Assembly: GCA_964019335.1 (NCBI GenBank) | Contig: OZ025652.1 | Span: forward strand, 434,001 to 498,000 | From: Diplonema japonicum | Lineage: Eukaryota; Protista; Euglenozoa: Diplonemea | Direction of reading: 5' to 3' | DNA: 64,000 bases | In this document: positions 1 to 11,055 of the stretch, in pieces | Layout: the number at the start of each line of letters is the position of its first letter | Numbering within the stretch: position 1 is the first letter of the stretch | The notes under the pieces: model-generated | The model's database searches: none | The model's input: only the letters and a program-made list of their open reading frames with translations | Told to the model about the DNA's origin: nothing | Translations under genes and position numbers: made by a program

Positions 1-958
1 AAATAAAAAAAAAAAAAAAAAAAAAAGAATGTACAAGGAGGAGGAGGGGAAGGCGGCCTTAGAGAGAGATAACAGGGCTGCCACGATCGCTACACCTGCC
101 CAAGCGTTTACATGGGTAACGCAGGAAAAGAGGGGACCCACATAATACCTCTATAGGCAATGACCCACCACCGCTAAAAGATAATGAAGAAAAAAAAGGG
201 GGGGGGGGCGTATAATTGTGAAGCGCTGCGTGTCAATAAATCACTGTCAGAAGGAAGACTGGGACTTCACTCAGGATAAGGAAAAACAGGGGCCAGGGCT
301 GAAAGGTGAGAATGAAAGAGAGAAAAACCAAAGAAAAAGGGAGGAAAAATCAAAGGTAAAGAGACATAAGAGGGAGGGGGGAATGGAGAAGAATAAAAAA
401 GGGGGAAATGGCACAATTGCACACCGGAGGGGGGGGGGGGGGGGGAGGGGGCAGGAGGGTCATTCAAAGCTGTTCCTTCTCTTGCACACCCCCTTTTTTT
501 TCTTCTTTTTATTTCTTTCTATCACCGGCTTCCTTAGTTTCCTTCTCTTTCCCTCCACTCCCTGCCCCCCCCCCCCCCCCCCCTCCCACTTTCGTGCTCC
601 CCTTCTTTTTTTGTTTTGGTTTCCCTAAATATCTAAAAAAAAAGGGGGTAGCTGGGAGACATAAAAAAGCAAAAGAGAAAAAAAAGAGGGGGGAAAGGGG
701 TAATGGGGAAGTACCTAATATAAGCCCATAACGAATAACTGATTCTTTTTTTGGGGGGGGAGGGGTGAAAAGGGAGGAGGGGGGAATATGCAAAAAAAAA
801 AAAATACACAATTTTTTTTGTTTTTTTTTTTCTTCTTCACTTATAACACTTACCTAATATTTTTTTTGTTTTTTTTTTTATTATCCCCCCCCCCACACAC
901 ACCCCAATAAAAATACACTTTTTTTTTTTTCTTTCCGATTTTTTTTTTTTTTTTTTTT

Positions 959-1804
959 TCACGAAAAACCCAAAGAAGCGAACGGCGGTGCGGTCTTTGG
1001 TGATGTGACAGGTGGTGAATCTGGTGACGATGGTGCGTCGTCTTCCACAAGCGGGGACCCCAGCCCATGTTCCAGCAGCAAAGGCTTGTACTCAGGCAGT
1101 GGAATACCAGACGGGATATTGAGATATTCTTGATAAGATTCCAGAGCGGCGACGAAACCCAAGTTTGGGTTAATAACCGGCCGCCTTCTCCAGACGAGGT
1201 CCTTGGCGAGCTTGTAAGGAATCTGAAGCATCCTCATTAGGTAAGCGATGATGATTGTTGCACTCCGGGATATACCCTGTCGGCAGTGGACAAGTACCAC
1301 ACCGTTCGCTGCCCGTGCATCGTCTAGATACGACAGGGCAGCATCGAAATATCTTGATATAGGAGAGTCAGAATGATCTGTGACGGATATGTGCAAATAT
1401 TGGACAGAGTCAAACTGCTTGTAAGGAGTTTCCTGCTGCAGGTTTATTATATGGGTGATGTGTAACCTTTTTATCTCTTCTTCGCGGCTGGCATCGTAAA
1501 CCGCACCCAAGTACAACCATGGAAGTACTTGTGTTGCATATAAATCGCTGGGTATGCCCTTTTTCGGTTTTCCTGTTTCGTTTGTATCTTTCTCCACGGG
1601 TGCGAGGCTTTCCAATCCCGCTTTGAACCTGAATCTGGCCACTTTTTGCGCCTTGCATAGAACTGGAGTCTCACATGTGTTTGAGTTCAGCTGGCTTGGC
1701 TGGCCGATACCCATTAAAAGCTCCCCTTTGAACCGCTCGTTCTTGTTCTGTTCCTCCTCGTCTTCTGTGCAGGGTGAGACGGGAAAGACCTTCTCAGCCT
1801 CCAT
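959..1804 (-). CDS. Dual-specificity protein phosphatase (DUSP/MKP-like)
   Basis: ATQVLPWLYLGA, HITHIINL and the catalytic VLVHCRQGISRS motif, followed by IIIAYLM and RPVINPNLGF. First ATG at 1804. Confidence 0.9.
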   Translation of the reverse strand: MEAEKVFPVSPCTEDEEEQNKNERFKGELLMGIGQPSQLNSNTCETPVLCKAQKVARFRFKAGLESLAPVEKDTNETGKPKKGIPSDLYATQVLPWLYLGAVYDASREEEIKRLHITHIINLQQETPYKQFDSVQYLHISVTDHSDSPISRYFDAALSYLDDARAANGVVLVHCRQGISRSATIIIAYLMRMLQIPYKLAKDLVWRRRPVINPNLGFVAALESYQEYLNIPSGIPLPEYKPLLLEHGLGSPLVEDDAPSSPDSPPVTSPKTAPPFASLGFS

Positions 1805-2095
1805 TAAGGTAGCCACGGTAATATCGGACCCCCCAGGGGTTTTTTTTTTGTTTTGTTATGTGTAAAAAGTGGGGGGGGGGGGAGAGGGGGAGGGGAGAGA
1901 GAGGGGATATTTACAAAAGGGGGGGGTGCGGTTCTTTTTTTTAAAAAAAGCCTCTTTTCCCTCTTTTTTTATTTTTTTTTATTTAGACAAGGGAAAGGCG
2001 TTTGGCGTGAAAGCGACGCCAGGTTTTCTTTTTTCTTTTTTTCCTTTTTTTTTTTCCTTCTTTTTTTTCTTTTCCCTCTTCTTTCTTAAGTTTGT

Positions 2096-2135
2096 GGTGT
2101 GTGTGTGTGTGTGTGTGTGTGTGTTGTGTGTGTGT
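2096..2135. repeat. (GT)n microsatellite
   Basis: Visible dinucleotide run; similar runs at about 3010-3038 and 48952-48973. Confidence 0.8.
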
Positions 2136-2568
2136 ACCCCCTCCCCTGTGCACCCCTTGCCCCTCCTCACCCAGGAGCCTGTAGAGTTGTGTTTTTTTTT
2201 TTTCCCTTCCCCTGGTTCACTATGCTAGCAAGAAAAAAAAAGAAGAAGGGAGAGGCAAAAAAAAAGGAGGGTTTTTTTTTGTTCTCTCTTTTCTTCAAAT
2301 TATTTTAAAGTAAAAAAAGGGGGGGGGGGGAGAGAGACGGGAGAGGAGGAGAGAAAAAAAAAAGAAGGGGGAGGGGGAAGAGAACAAAATAAATTTAAAT
2401 CGTACCCGGCATTCTTTTGTGTATCACTCTTTCTTTTCTTTTTTTTTTTTTGTGTGTTCTTTTTTTTTCTTCTTTCCCTACCTTCTTTTTTCGTAACAGG
2501 ATGGAAAAAAGCTCTTCTCCCTAATACCCTCTCACTTTGCGCTTGCGCCGATGTCACAACACTTCAAA

Positions 2569-2611
<43 letters not shown>

Positions 2612-3007
2612 CCTTTTTCTTTTTTTTCCAGTGAAAGAGAATTTTTATTCCGATTTTTTTTTCTCGTTGTTGCGCCGGGCCATCTTCTTTTTTTTTCTTT
2701 TTTTTTTTTTTCCTCCCCCAGAATATTTATATATATAAAAAAAAAAAAAAAATCAAACATCAAACACAATACGCCCCAATAAAAAGAATTTAATTCGTCA
2801 TATCGCTATCAGACATTCTTTTTTTTTTCCTTTTTTTTTCTTTTTTTTTGGTGAAGGGGGAAAATAGTTATATTGACAAATCGTGTGTGTTGTTCTTCTT
2901 TCTTTCCCTCCCTATAAACTTGTCCTCCCGCCCTCCTCAGAATGCTTTTTTTTTTCTTTTTTCTTCCCCCCCTTTTTTTTTTATTCCATAGCAAAAAGAA
3001 ATCGAGG

Positions 3008-3041
<34 letters not shown>

Positions 3042-3268
3042 TTCCCCTTTTCTTCTCTTTTTTTTTTTCTCGCAAAATAAAAAATAAAAAATGGGCGGAG
3101 AGGGAAAGAAGGGACGGGAACGGGATAAAAAAAAAATATAAATAAAAAAAATATTTTTCAACCAATCTATTTAAGTAGAAAGGGAGGGGGATAAAGCAAA
3201 AAAAGAAGAGGAAAAAAAAAAGACACTCTTTTTTTTTTTTTTTTTTTTTTTTTTGTTCCGTGCTCCGC

Positions 3269-4264
3269 TCAGGCTGATGCTTCATACAGCACAAGCTTGG
3301 AGACAATGTTTGCATAATCTTTCCTATCCCCGAGGATTTTCGTGAGCTTAGCCTGGACCTCTGCATCGTTGACTGCAACATGGTCTTCAGCAGAGAGTTT
3401 TTGGTTGAGGAACGTAACAGCTTGCTGAAGCAAATCGGCTCCTATCCGCTTCTCGAGGTGCTTCCTGACCTCCTTTTTGTCGATGATCTCGTACTTTCCG
3501 TCTTTGGTAGGAATACGAATCACCTCCGCCGCATTCCCCTTCTCCTCAAAAGAATTATCAACATCCTTAGTCTTCCCCTTTGTATCTATTATGTGCTTAA
3601 TCTGGCCTCTCATTGTCTCCTTTGCCTGGATGTGCCCGTCGTCGCCGTCTGAGTCTTCTGCAGTTCCTGAAGCAAGGCCTATGTGTGACTGGGCTGTTCG
3701 AGGGGTTTCTTTTTTCGCCATTTCCGCCTCAGCTGTGGGTTTGTGGGCAGCCAAGGCCGCCTTCAGCGCTCCCCTGTCCATCTTCTTGATGTCAGCCAGG
3801 CTGATCTTCTCTCCTTCTGTGGTTTTTTTTTTTTTTTTTTTTTTTCCCGTACCAGCTTCCTGGGGAGCAGGTGTCGCGCTCTGCGTGATGGACGGCTTTT
3901 GTGTAGGCCTCCTTTTCTTTTTCTCTTCGTAAACCTGCTTGTCCCTCTCAGTCTGGCTTGCCAGCTCCTGGCTGAACGCTCTCAATGAGTCTTGCACGTA
4001 TGGCGACTCGAGGATCCTGTTGATGGAAGGCCTCATGCTGGGGTGGACATTGAGAAGCTTCGAGATAAGCTGAGGGAGTTGCGGGTTGTAGTGGCTGGGG
4101 ATGGATTCAACAGTTCCGTTCACCTGTTGTTGAGGATTCACAAGAAGAAAAAATATAAAAAAAAAAAGGAAAAAAAAAAATCGCATACAATCTTTCTCAT
4201 GAGCTCTTTGAGACCTTTTGCGTTGAAGGGACGGCGCAGCGTCGCCATTTCGTACAACACGATA

Positions 4265-4302
<38 letters not shown>

Positions 4303-4623
4303 TTTTTTGTTTATATCTGCGTCCCATGCATACCCAACGCCCAGACGTCGCTCTTGGACCCGTAAGGCTTGTTCTGGCAGATTTCAGGCGAGAAATAGTA
4401 AGGAGTCCCGCACACAGTGTATGCCACTGCCATCGTGTTGTTCAAAACAGTGGAGATCCCAAAGTCCCCGAGCTTAACCACGTTCTTGGAGGTGAGAAAA
4501 ATATTGGCCGTCTTAAGGTCACGGTGGAGGATGTGACTGTCATGGAGATGTTTCAGCGCCATACAGATCTGAAGGAACCACATCATGATGAGCTGCTCAT
4601 CGAAGTATACTGGGCCCGCATCT

Positions 4624-4668
<45 letters not shown>

Positions 4669-5118
4669 CTGTTGCTTTTTTGCGCTGCTCTTTGATCCTC
4701 ATCCCAAGGTCCCCTCCGTCAGCGTATTCCATCACTATCCACAGCATGTTCCCTTCTTCATAGTGCTCCTTGAACTTTACGATATTGGGATGGTTCACAT
4801 CTGCCAAAATTTTAATCTGTTTTGGTAAGATAAGATATTTGTTCCCCCCCCCCCCCCTTTTTCTTTTTCTTTTTCTTTTACCTCTCTGTACACGTCTTGC
4901 TTGTCTTTCTCCGACATGCTGGTGCAGTCGATTGTTTTTGCGATGTATCTCTTCCCGTCCTCCCTGCTCCTGACCAGGACCGCCTCCCCAAAGCTCCCCT
5001 TGCCCACCACTTTAATTCTTCGGTATCTCTGTCTGAACTGTTCGGCCTCGTTCACCGCAGGTGCTGTTACCTTGTTCCCAAAGAAATCTACATCGGACGC
5101 CTGCTGACCTCCCGACAT
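3269..5118 (-). CDS. NIMA-related (NEK1-like) Ser/Thr kinase, 6 exons
   Basis: Motifs [35 protein letters not shown] and SDVWALG. GT-AG introns at 4817-4881, 4622-4668, 4266-4333, 4124-4188 and 3817-3852; the first four restore a continuous frame and the last is in frame. Confidence 0.92.
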
Positions 5119-5119
5119 T

Positions 5120-5168
<49 letters not shown>

Positions 5169-5622
5169 CTCTTTTTTCTTTTTCTTTTTTTTTTAAAATC
5201 CTTTGCCTCGTCTCTGATATGAGCTCGTCCGGGGAAAAAAATGTCAACGAATGACCCTCCTGTGCGGTGGAGAAAAGAAAAAACTTGGCAAATTTCTAGG
5301 GGGAATTAGTCGGGCACCACTTTGTGTGCAAACGGAGCCCAAGCTTGAACGCCATATAAGCCACAATGAACGCTGTTTGTTTTTATTTTTTTGTTAAACC
5401 GCCGTTGTTTCTGTGCACTTGGCCACCCTCATGGCAAAGCAATGCACTTGAATGCTGCCCCCTTTTTTTTTTCCTCGCTCAAATGATCAAAACAGGATGT
5501 TGACATTTACCCAGACAGAGCTATATGTTCATTTCTCTTCCGTTAGTACTTTCCGGGGCAACGAAAACAAAAACAAAAGAGGAGGAAGGGGAGGTAGTGG
5601 GGGGAGGAAAGATCTGAAACAT

Positions 5623-5772
5623 TCATTCTTCTTTCTTTCCCTTCTCCTCTTTCTCCTCTGCCATCTTGTCCATGCACTTCGACAACTCCTCGATGCTCGC
5701 TACGGTGTAAGGCTCGTACCTCTCAGGGGCGAACAAGTTCAGAGTCAAGGGAGGTTTAAATCGCTTACTCAT
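5623..5772 (-). CDS. Possible 49-aa small protein (MSKRFKPPLTLNLF...EEKGKKEE)
   Basis: Open ATG-TGA frame with coding-like complexity between homopolymer spacers, in the same orientation as all neighbouring genes; no recognisable domain. Confidence 0.3.
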   Translation of the reverse strand: MSKRFKPPLTLNLFAPERYEPYTVASIEELSKCMDKMAEEKEEKGKKEE

Positions 5773-5867
5773 TACATTAACTCTAAAATCCTTTTTCTTT
5801 TTTTTTTTTCTTTTTTACAAAGCTCCCAGCAAGTCAAACAATACAAAACAAACAAAAATACTGAAAA

Positions 5868-8800
5868 CTAAGATATAACACTTCCCTCACTCGATCCCCT
5901 GTAAAGAGGGACAAAAGGTTTCCGCAAAACCTCCTCAAAGTCTCGGATTTCAGATAGAACGCTGCCAATGGGCTCCAAAGGAGCTGGTGTAACAGGAAGC
6001 TGGCGGATGCCCATCAAAGACGTCTGAGGACGACGGGGGCACGCCACCGGCGACAAAGGGAACAGTGGCGATGCCAGCACCTTGTGCCGTGTGTGCGTGG
6101 TCTTGTCAAGAGGAGCAGGCTGTGTCATGCTAGAAGCGTTGTTACATGGCAGGCTGGAATGGAGGGAGCTCTGGTAGTCTAAAAGCGACGCTAGTAATTT
6201 CACACTGTTTTGTTGTGCGTTGTGGGACACGCTCTGTGTTGCCTGCTGCGTCTCTCTCGTTGTGACCCTTCCTTTCTTTGTTGCCGCGGCCGCTGTCACT
6301 TTATCCCAATGGATGCTCCCCCAGCATGATAACCTGTGACTCGAAGCCTTACGCTTCACAATGCCCGACTTACACCCTGTCTTCTGCTTGTCGTCCCACT
6401 TGCTGCTGAACGCAGCAAGCAACATCGACGGTATCTTCGGCACCACCCCCGGGCCCACGTGGCTCTTGGCGTACGTGCATCGCTTGTCGGGTTCATCCCC
6501 ACGATGTGAGGACACAACATTCTTGTCGTCGATGAAAGGTTTCCTCAAGGCTACCATTGTTTCTGCAGATGTTGCGAAGACGAACTCGTCCGGTCCCGCC
6601 TCGTCCTTGCGCAACTGGACCCTGTCCTCCTCTTCCATCTTTTCCATCAGTGTCTGTCGTCGCTCCGCGGCGTCCGTCATCTCCTCTGCCTTCCCTGTGG
6701 ACACAAACCCCACACCGTCACAATCACTGTTGCAGAAGGACGACTGTCGGATCATCAACCCCATGCTCGATAGCTTCCTCGTCATGCCCTCCTCGCCTTC
6801 CTCAATCAGTGCCGCGCAAACTGGACGGGCGCTCATAGGACGCGGGCTGGCAGAGCTCCTGGCAGACGGCTGGGAGTGCAAAAAGGAGCTTATCTTGATG
6901 CTCAAGAATCTGTTATCATGCAATGCAAGCATAGACTTAGGGTTATTGGAGTCAACGACAGGGTCGCTCACCGTTGTCGTGCACCCGCTGCTTTGGAGCA
7001 ACGTCGAACGCGACGTAGCGGCAGCTGCAGAAGCGGCCACACTACCTGTGGGACAGTCGTAGCTGCTCAAAGCTGAAGTGTCACCGCTGCTAGCACTGCT
7101 TAACCATTCCGACTGCGCATCGTCGATATGTGCTGAAGCCATCAACATCGCGAGCCGGGTTTTAAGAATCTTTTCTTTATGCTTCCCCCTCGGTGCGAAC
7201 ATTGCTGCCCGCATTGGTCTCGTAGTCTGCACATCTGGGGTCTCCTTCTTTTCGGAAGGTCGCTTCTTCCAGTTTATCGCCTTCTGCGGGCGTAGTGTCA
7301 TCCGTGTGGCGCTGCGCCGTATAAACGTCTTTCTTGACCGTCTAAGCGACACTCTAGCCGACGTGTCATGTTCTGCTACTGTAGGGCCTGCGTCTGTCGC
7401 CGCTTCGCGAAGTTTTGCGATGGCCTCGTTGCAGAGATGCGTTCTGAAGGTGTTTTGTGTGACGACTACATCACCGCCGAAGCTTGCCAGCAACAGAACG
7501 CTCCACCCGCCTGCAGCATACCATGCTGCCTCTCTCTCGTCGACCTTGATGCCCTTGCCCCATGCCTCACCGGGGAGGCTGCCATCCGTGACACTCGCTT
7601 CACTCTCGTCCACATCATCGACCATCTCGTTCCACACGGAAACCCTGTCCCCTTGATGCGTGTGCACGTCGCAGTAGCTAACCGGGATGTTAAAATATGA
7701 CCGCTGCGATTGGTCCAGACGTCCAATGGGCTCCAGCCCCATGGTCCATATCTTGACTGTGCGGTCCGTGCTGCCGCTCACGACGTACTTGCAAATAACG
7801 TCAACATCCAAGTACTGTACAGTCTGCGTGTGGCACACCTTAGACTGCACCTCGACAGGTTCGCACATCGCACTTGAGCTACTACAATATTCGTATTTTA
7901 AGTTGTCCATCGCTGCAAGCGAAGAGCAGAAAGAAGTAAACCCTGAGTCGTTGAGCAGCTTGTGTATGCTGAAGACAGTAATGCGCCCATGACTTGTGGC
8001 GAAGTAGAGGAGAGACTTCGGCCAATACCAAGAGCAGGCTGTGATGGTGTGTGGCAGCTTGAACCGACACAGCACCTCAAAAGAAGCGGGGCTAGGCGGC
8101 AGCTGCCATATGACTACGAGCGAGTTCCCATCAACAGTCACAAGCAGCGGGTATCCTGTGAGGAAGAAGGTTAATGTCACGTCAACTCCTTCAGAGGGCA
8201 CTTGAAGTTGCTGGATGGGGCCGAATTCTTCGTTCCGTCGTACCTTTGCCTCCCACACGGTGACGAAGCCCTTGCGGTCCCCAACAGCCACTCTGTTCAA
8301 GACATCGCTGAAGGCTATACACCTCCCTTCGATCGCTGCAAAGCACCTAGGGTCAATGGGTAAGTTGCCCAGTGCCGTCCCCTCCAACGCTGCTTCGTAG
8401 TACACTTGAATGCTGCTGTCCCACCTGAGGGCAATGATGAACCGCCTGCCAGTGCCGTAGATCAGCGTATGCACCTCGGCACCTTCGGTGCACAGGCATT
8501 TGATGAAAACACCAGAAGAGCTATTGTGACATGTGATGGCCCCCTCCTCTGATCCGATGTACAGCCGCCTGCCGGTGTCACACACTGTTAGCGTTGTGAT
8601 GTTCCTTGGGACAATCTTGGGTTGGAAAAGAAAAAGCTTCCCACTGAGGAGCGACCAGCTCCGGAGCGTGCGTTGTGAGGCCGTGTGGAGGATGTTACGC
8701 CGGAGGTCCAGGCAACAGGCAGTTAGAGGGGCATCGTCAGCAGTGCAGGCCTCTGTGGAGAGGCTCCCGTAAGTGAAAGTCAACACGTCACGTGAAGTCG

Positions 8801-10052
8801 CAGTTGAGAGGCAGTTGTGGTCGGCGTCGTAGCAGAGGGACACCCATTTGTGGTTGTGACAGGAGGACTGTGGGTCGCATTTGATGGTTTGGAATGCACG
8901 CCAGTTCTTGGCGTCCCAGACCTTGAACATGCCGGACCTATCAAGGGTCACAACGTGCGGTGGGTTCTGCACTGTGCAGATGTCGACGACGGGCGTCGCG
9001 TGCGGCGTGTGCGAGTCGCGCAAGATGAACGGCTGCACACCCTCTCTGATCATCCACATCCTGGCGTGGTGCTCGAACCCACAAGTCGCGAGGAACGACG
9101 TCCCGTCGTCTCGCACCTCGATCAGCGCCATGCGCGTGATGCCCGACACCCCCGACTTCCTGCTCAGCACGTAAAGAAGGTTGAGGTTTGTGTCCATGAT
9201 GGAGATCGTGCCGTCCAACGACGCCCCCGATATGATGTTTGCGTGGACAATGATTTGTGTCAAGGCGGCTGTGTGGTGATGCGCTTTGAAAAGCGGTGCC
9301 GGGTCAGCCTCGTCCTTGAGCAGGCTTTGCGTGGAGTAGGCGAGGATCCTCCCTGTTCGGGTGCCGGTGTAGAGTTGCGATGCTTTTTGACTGTGCGCGA
9401 GACAGAGGATCGACTCACCCATAATGCACTTCTTCTTAAGCGTACAGCCACGCCATGTCGCATAGACTCTCAAAGTGAGGTCAGTAAACGAGGCAACACT
9501 GACATGGTGCTCAAAGAGGAACAAGACATCGAGCAGAGACGCAGGGTCGGGTGTGGGGGGCACTGTAAGACTCGCGTCTCGCCGGCCTTCTGTGATGTCA
9601 TATGCTTCGCAAGATCGCCCTATCAGGACAGTTTTCGACTTCTCAGTTAGCCAGCGAATGCAACGATTTCCTGAAAACCGTGGCACTCTGTGTGAATAGT
9701 ACATGTAGGGCTTTAGGTTCTCCGGGACATGGTCAGCTCTGCCTGACATCGTTGTTTCAATCAGATAGGTTAGAATCTCGTCCCAAGAAGCCCAGCCGCG
9801 TCCCCATGCGTCGATGTTGCTGTGTAGTTCCAGCAGTTTCCTGAACAGGTCCTTCTCATGCGGAACGCCTTGGTGCCCTTCCTCCGCCCTGCTCACGATG
9901 CCTTCCACAAAACATTCTGTGAAGATCTCCGGTGTCACCCTTGCAATATCCCCTCGCTGTGACACCTTCATCTTCACGTCTTCGAAACGTGCGTTCAACA
10001 CATGCAACACATCGATAGCAAAATCCCGTCCTCCTCTGTCGATGGCTGGCAT
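5868..10052 (-). CDS. WD40-repeat protein with N-terminal EF-hand-like segment (WDR49/EFCAB8-like) and disordered C-terminus
   Basis: Many WD repeats (e.g. VVSGSTDRTVKIW, VTLDRSGMFKVWD). IDAWGRGWASWDEILTYL is EF-hand-like. ATG 10052 follows an A-rich leader. Confidence 0.8.
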   Translation of the reverse strand: MPAIDRGGRDFAIDVLHVLNARFEDVKMKVSQRGDIARVTPEIFTECFVEGIVSRAEEGHQGVPHEKDLFRKLLELHSNIDAWGRGWASWDEILTYLIETTMSGRADHVPENLKPYMYYSHRVPRFSGNRCIRWLTEKSKTVLIGRSCEAYDITEGRRDASLTVPPTPDPASLLDVLFLFEHHVSVASFTDLTLRVYATWRGCTLKKKCIMGESILCLAHSQKASQLYTGTRTGRILAYSTQSLLKDEADPAPLFKAHHHTAALTQIIVHANIISGASLDGTISIMDTNLNLLYVLSRKSGVSGITRMALIEVRDDGTSFLATCGFEHHARMWMIREGVQPFILRDSHTPHATPVVDICTVQNPPHVVTLDRSGMFKVWDAKNWRAFQTIKCDPQSSCHNHKWVSLCYDADHNCLSTATSRDVLTFTYGSLSTEACTADDAPLTACCLDLRRNILHTASQRTLRSWSLLSGKLFLFQPKIVPRNITTLTVCDTGRRLYIGSEEGAITCHNSSSGVFIKCLCTEGAEVHTLIYGTGRRFIIALRWDSSIQVYYEAALEGTALGNLPIDPRCFAAIEGRCIAFSDVLNRVAVGDRKGFVTVWEAKVRRNEEFGPIQQLQVPSEGVDVTLTFFLTGYPLLVTVDGNSLVVIWQLPPSPASFEVLCRFKLPHTITACSWYWPKSLLYFATSHGRITVFSIHKLLNDSGFTSFCSSLAAMDNLKYEYCSSSSAMCEPVEVQSKVCHTQTVQYLDVDVICKYVVSGSTDRTVKIWTMGLEPIGRLDQSQRSYFNIPVSYCDVHTHQGDRVSVWNEMVDDVDESEASVTDGSLPGEAWGKGIKVDEREAAWYAAGGWSVLLLASFGGDVVVTQNTFRTHLCNEAIAKLREAATDAGPTVAEHDTSARVSLRRSRKTFIRRSATRMTLRPQKAINWKKRPSEKKETPDVQTTRPMRAAMFAPRGKHKEKILKTRLAMLMASAHIDDAQSEWLSSASSGDTSALSSYDCPTGSVAASAAAATSRSTLLQSSGCTTTVSDPVVDSNNPKSMLALHDNRFLSIKISSFLHSQPSARSSASPRPMSARPVCAALIEEGEEGMTRKLSSMGLMIRQSSFCNSDCDGVGFVSTGKAEEMTDAAERRQTLMEKMEEEDRVQLRKDEAGPDEFVFATSAETMVALRKPFIDDKNVVSSHRGDEPDKRCTYAKSHVGPGVVPKIPSMLLAAFSSKWDDKQKTGCKSGIVKRKASSHRLSCWGSIHWDKVTAAAATKKGRVTTRETQQATQSVSHNAQQNSVKLLASLLDYQSSLHSSLPCNNASSMTQPAPLDKTTHTRHKVLASPLFPLSPVACPRRPQTSLMGIRQLPVTPAPLEPIGSVLSEIRDFEEVLRKPFVPLYRGSSEGSVIS

Positions 10053-11055
10053 TTCATTTTCTTCTTTTGTTTGTTTTCTTTGTTTTTTTTTTGATTCTGA
10101 AGGGCTTCTTTTATTGTTTGGGGGGGGGGGGGGTTTACAATAAAATATTTTGACACTTTTTTTTTCCCCATGGAAAGTATGTTTTCTTCGCAAAAAAAAA
10201 AAAAAAAAAAAAAAAAAAAGCAAATATACGCCATAGCCCCTTTTTTTTTGTTTTCTTTTTGAACTCGCTTCCTCTTTTTGTTTTTTTGTTTTTTTTTTTG
10301 TTTTTTGTTTTCTCTCACTTTCTTTTTTCCTATCTCTGTGTGGGAGATACCGGAAAAACAGAAAAAAAATGTAAGAGGGGGGGGGGAGGGAGGGGGCAGC
10401 AGGTTTGTTACGTAATATATATTATTAGGGAAAAAAGGGGGGGAAATATTGTGTTCCAGCACCCCACCCCCCCCCCCCCCCCGTGTTTATTAAAAAAGAT
10501 TTTTTGACAAACGAAAGAGGGGGGACAAGGGAAGGGAAAAGGGAGGAGTGGAAAAGATTGCAGAGTTGGAAACGTGAGTTAGTTGGTGATTCTTTACTTT
10601 TTTTTTTCCCTCTGAATAAAGTTTCGTTCCACCTCTCCTCTTATTGGGCACGCCCTTAGTTGGACACCATTGAAGATGGAGAAGTGAAAAGCAGGTCCGA
10701 CGGCTAACATAAAAGCACCACAGAGCCACGGACATCTAGAGAAATACTATCGGGAGATAAGGAACAAGCTCAAAACTCACGCAAAATGTTCATCACATAA
10801 CAAAAGAATATTTAAAAAAAAAAAAACACTGTTTCTTTCCCCCATCCAAACAAACACAATTTTCTTGACAAAAAAAATAATAATTCTAAGGGAGGAAGCA
10901 ACAAAATAATATTATAAATGTATTGACGGAAATTAAGGGGAGGGGTCTATTTCTCGCCCCCCCCCCCCCCCACCCTCACCTTTTTTTTCCCCTTTCTCTC
11001 TTGGAAAGTGTTCTAATAACGACGGAAGAATAAAAAAAATATAAAATTTATATTA

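Noticed and set aside
218-3381. ORFs rich in poly-F/K/G/P
   Set aside because: Translations of homopolymer spacers. The same applies to F/K-rich N-terminal extensions on real ORFs.
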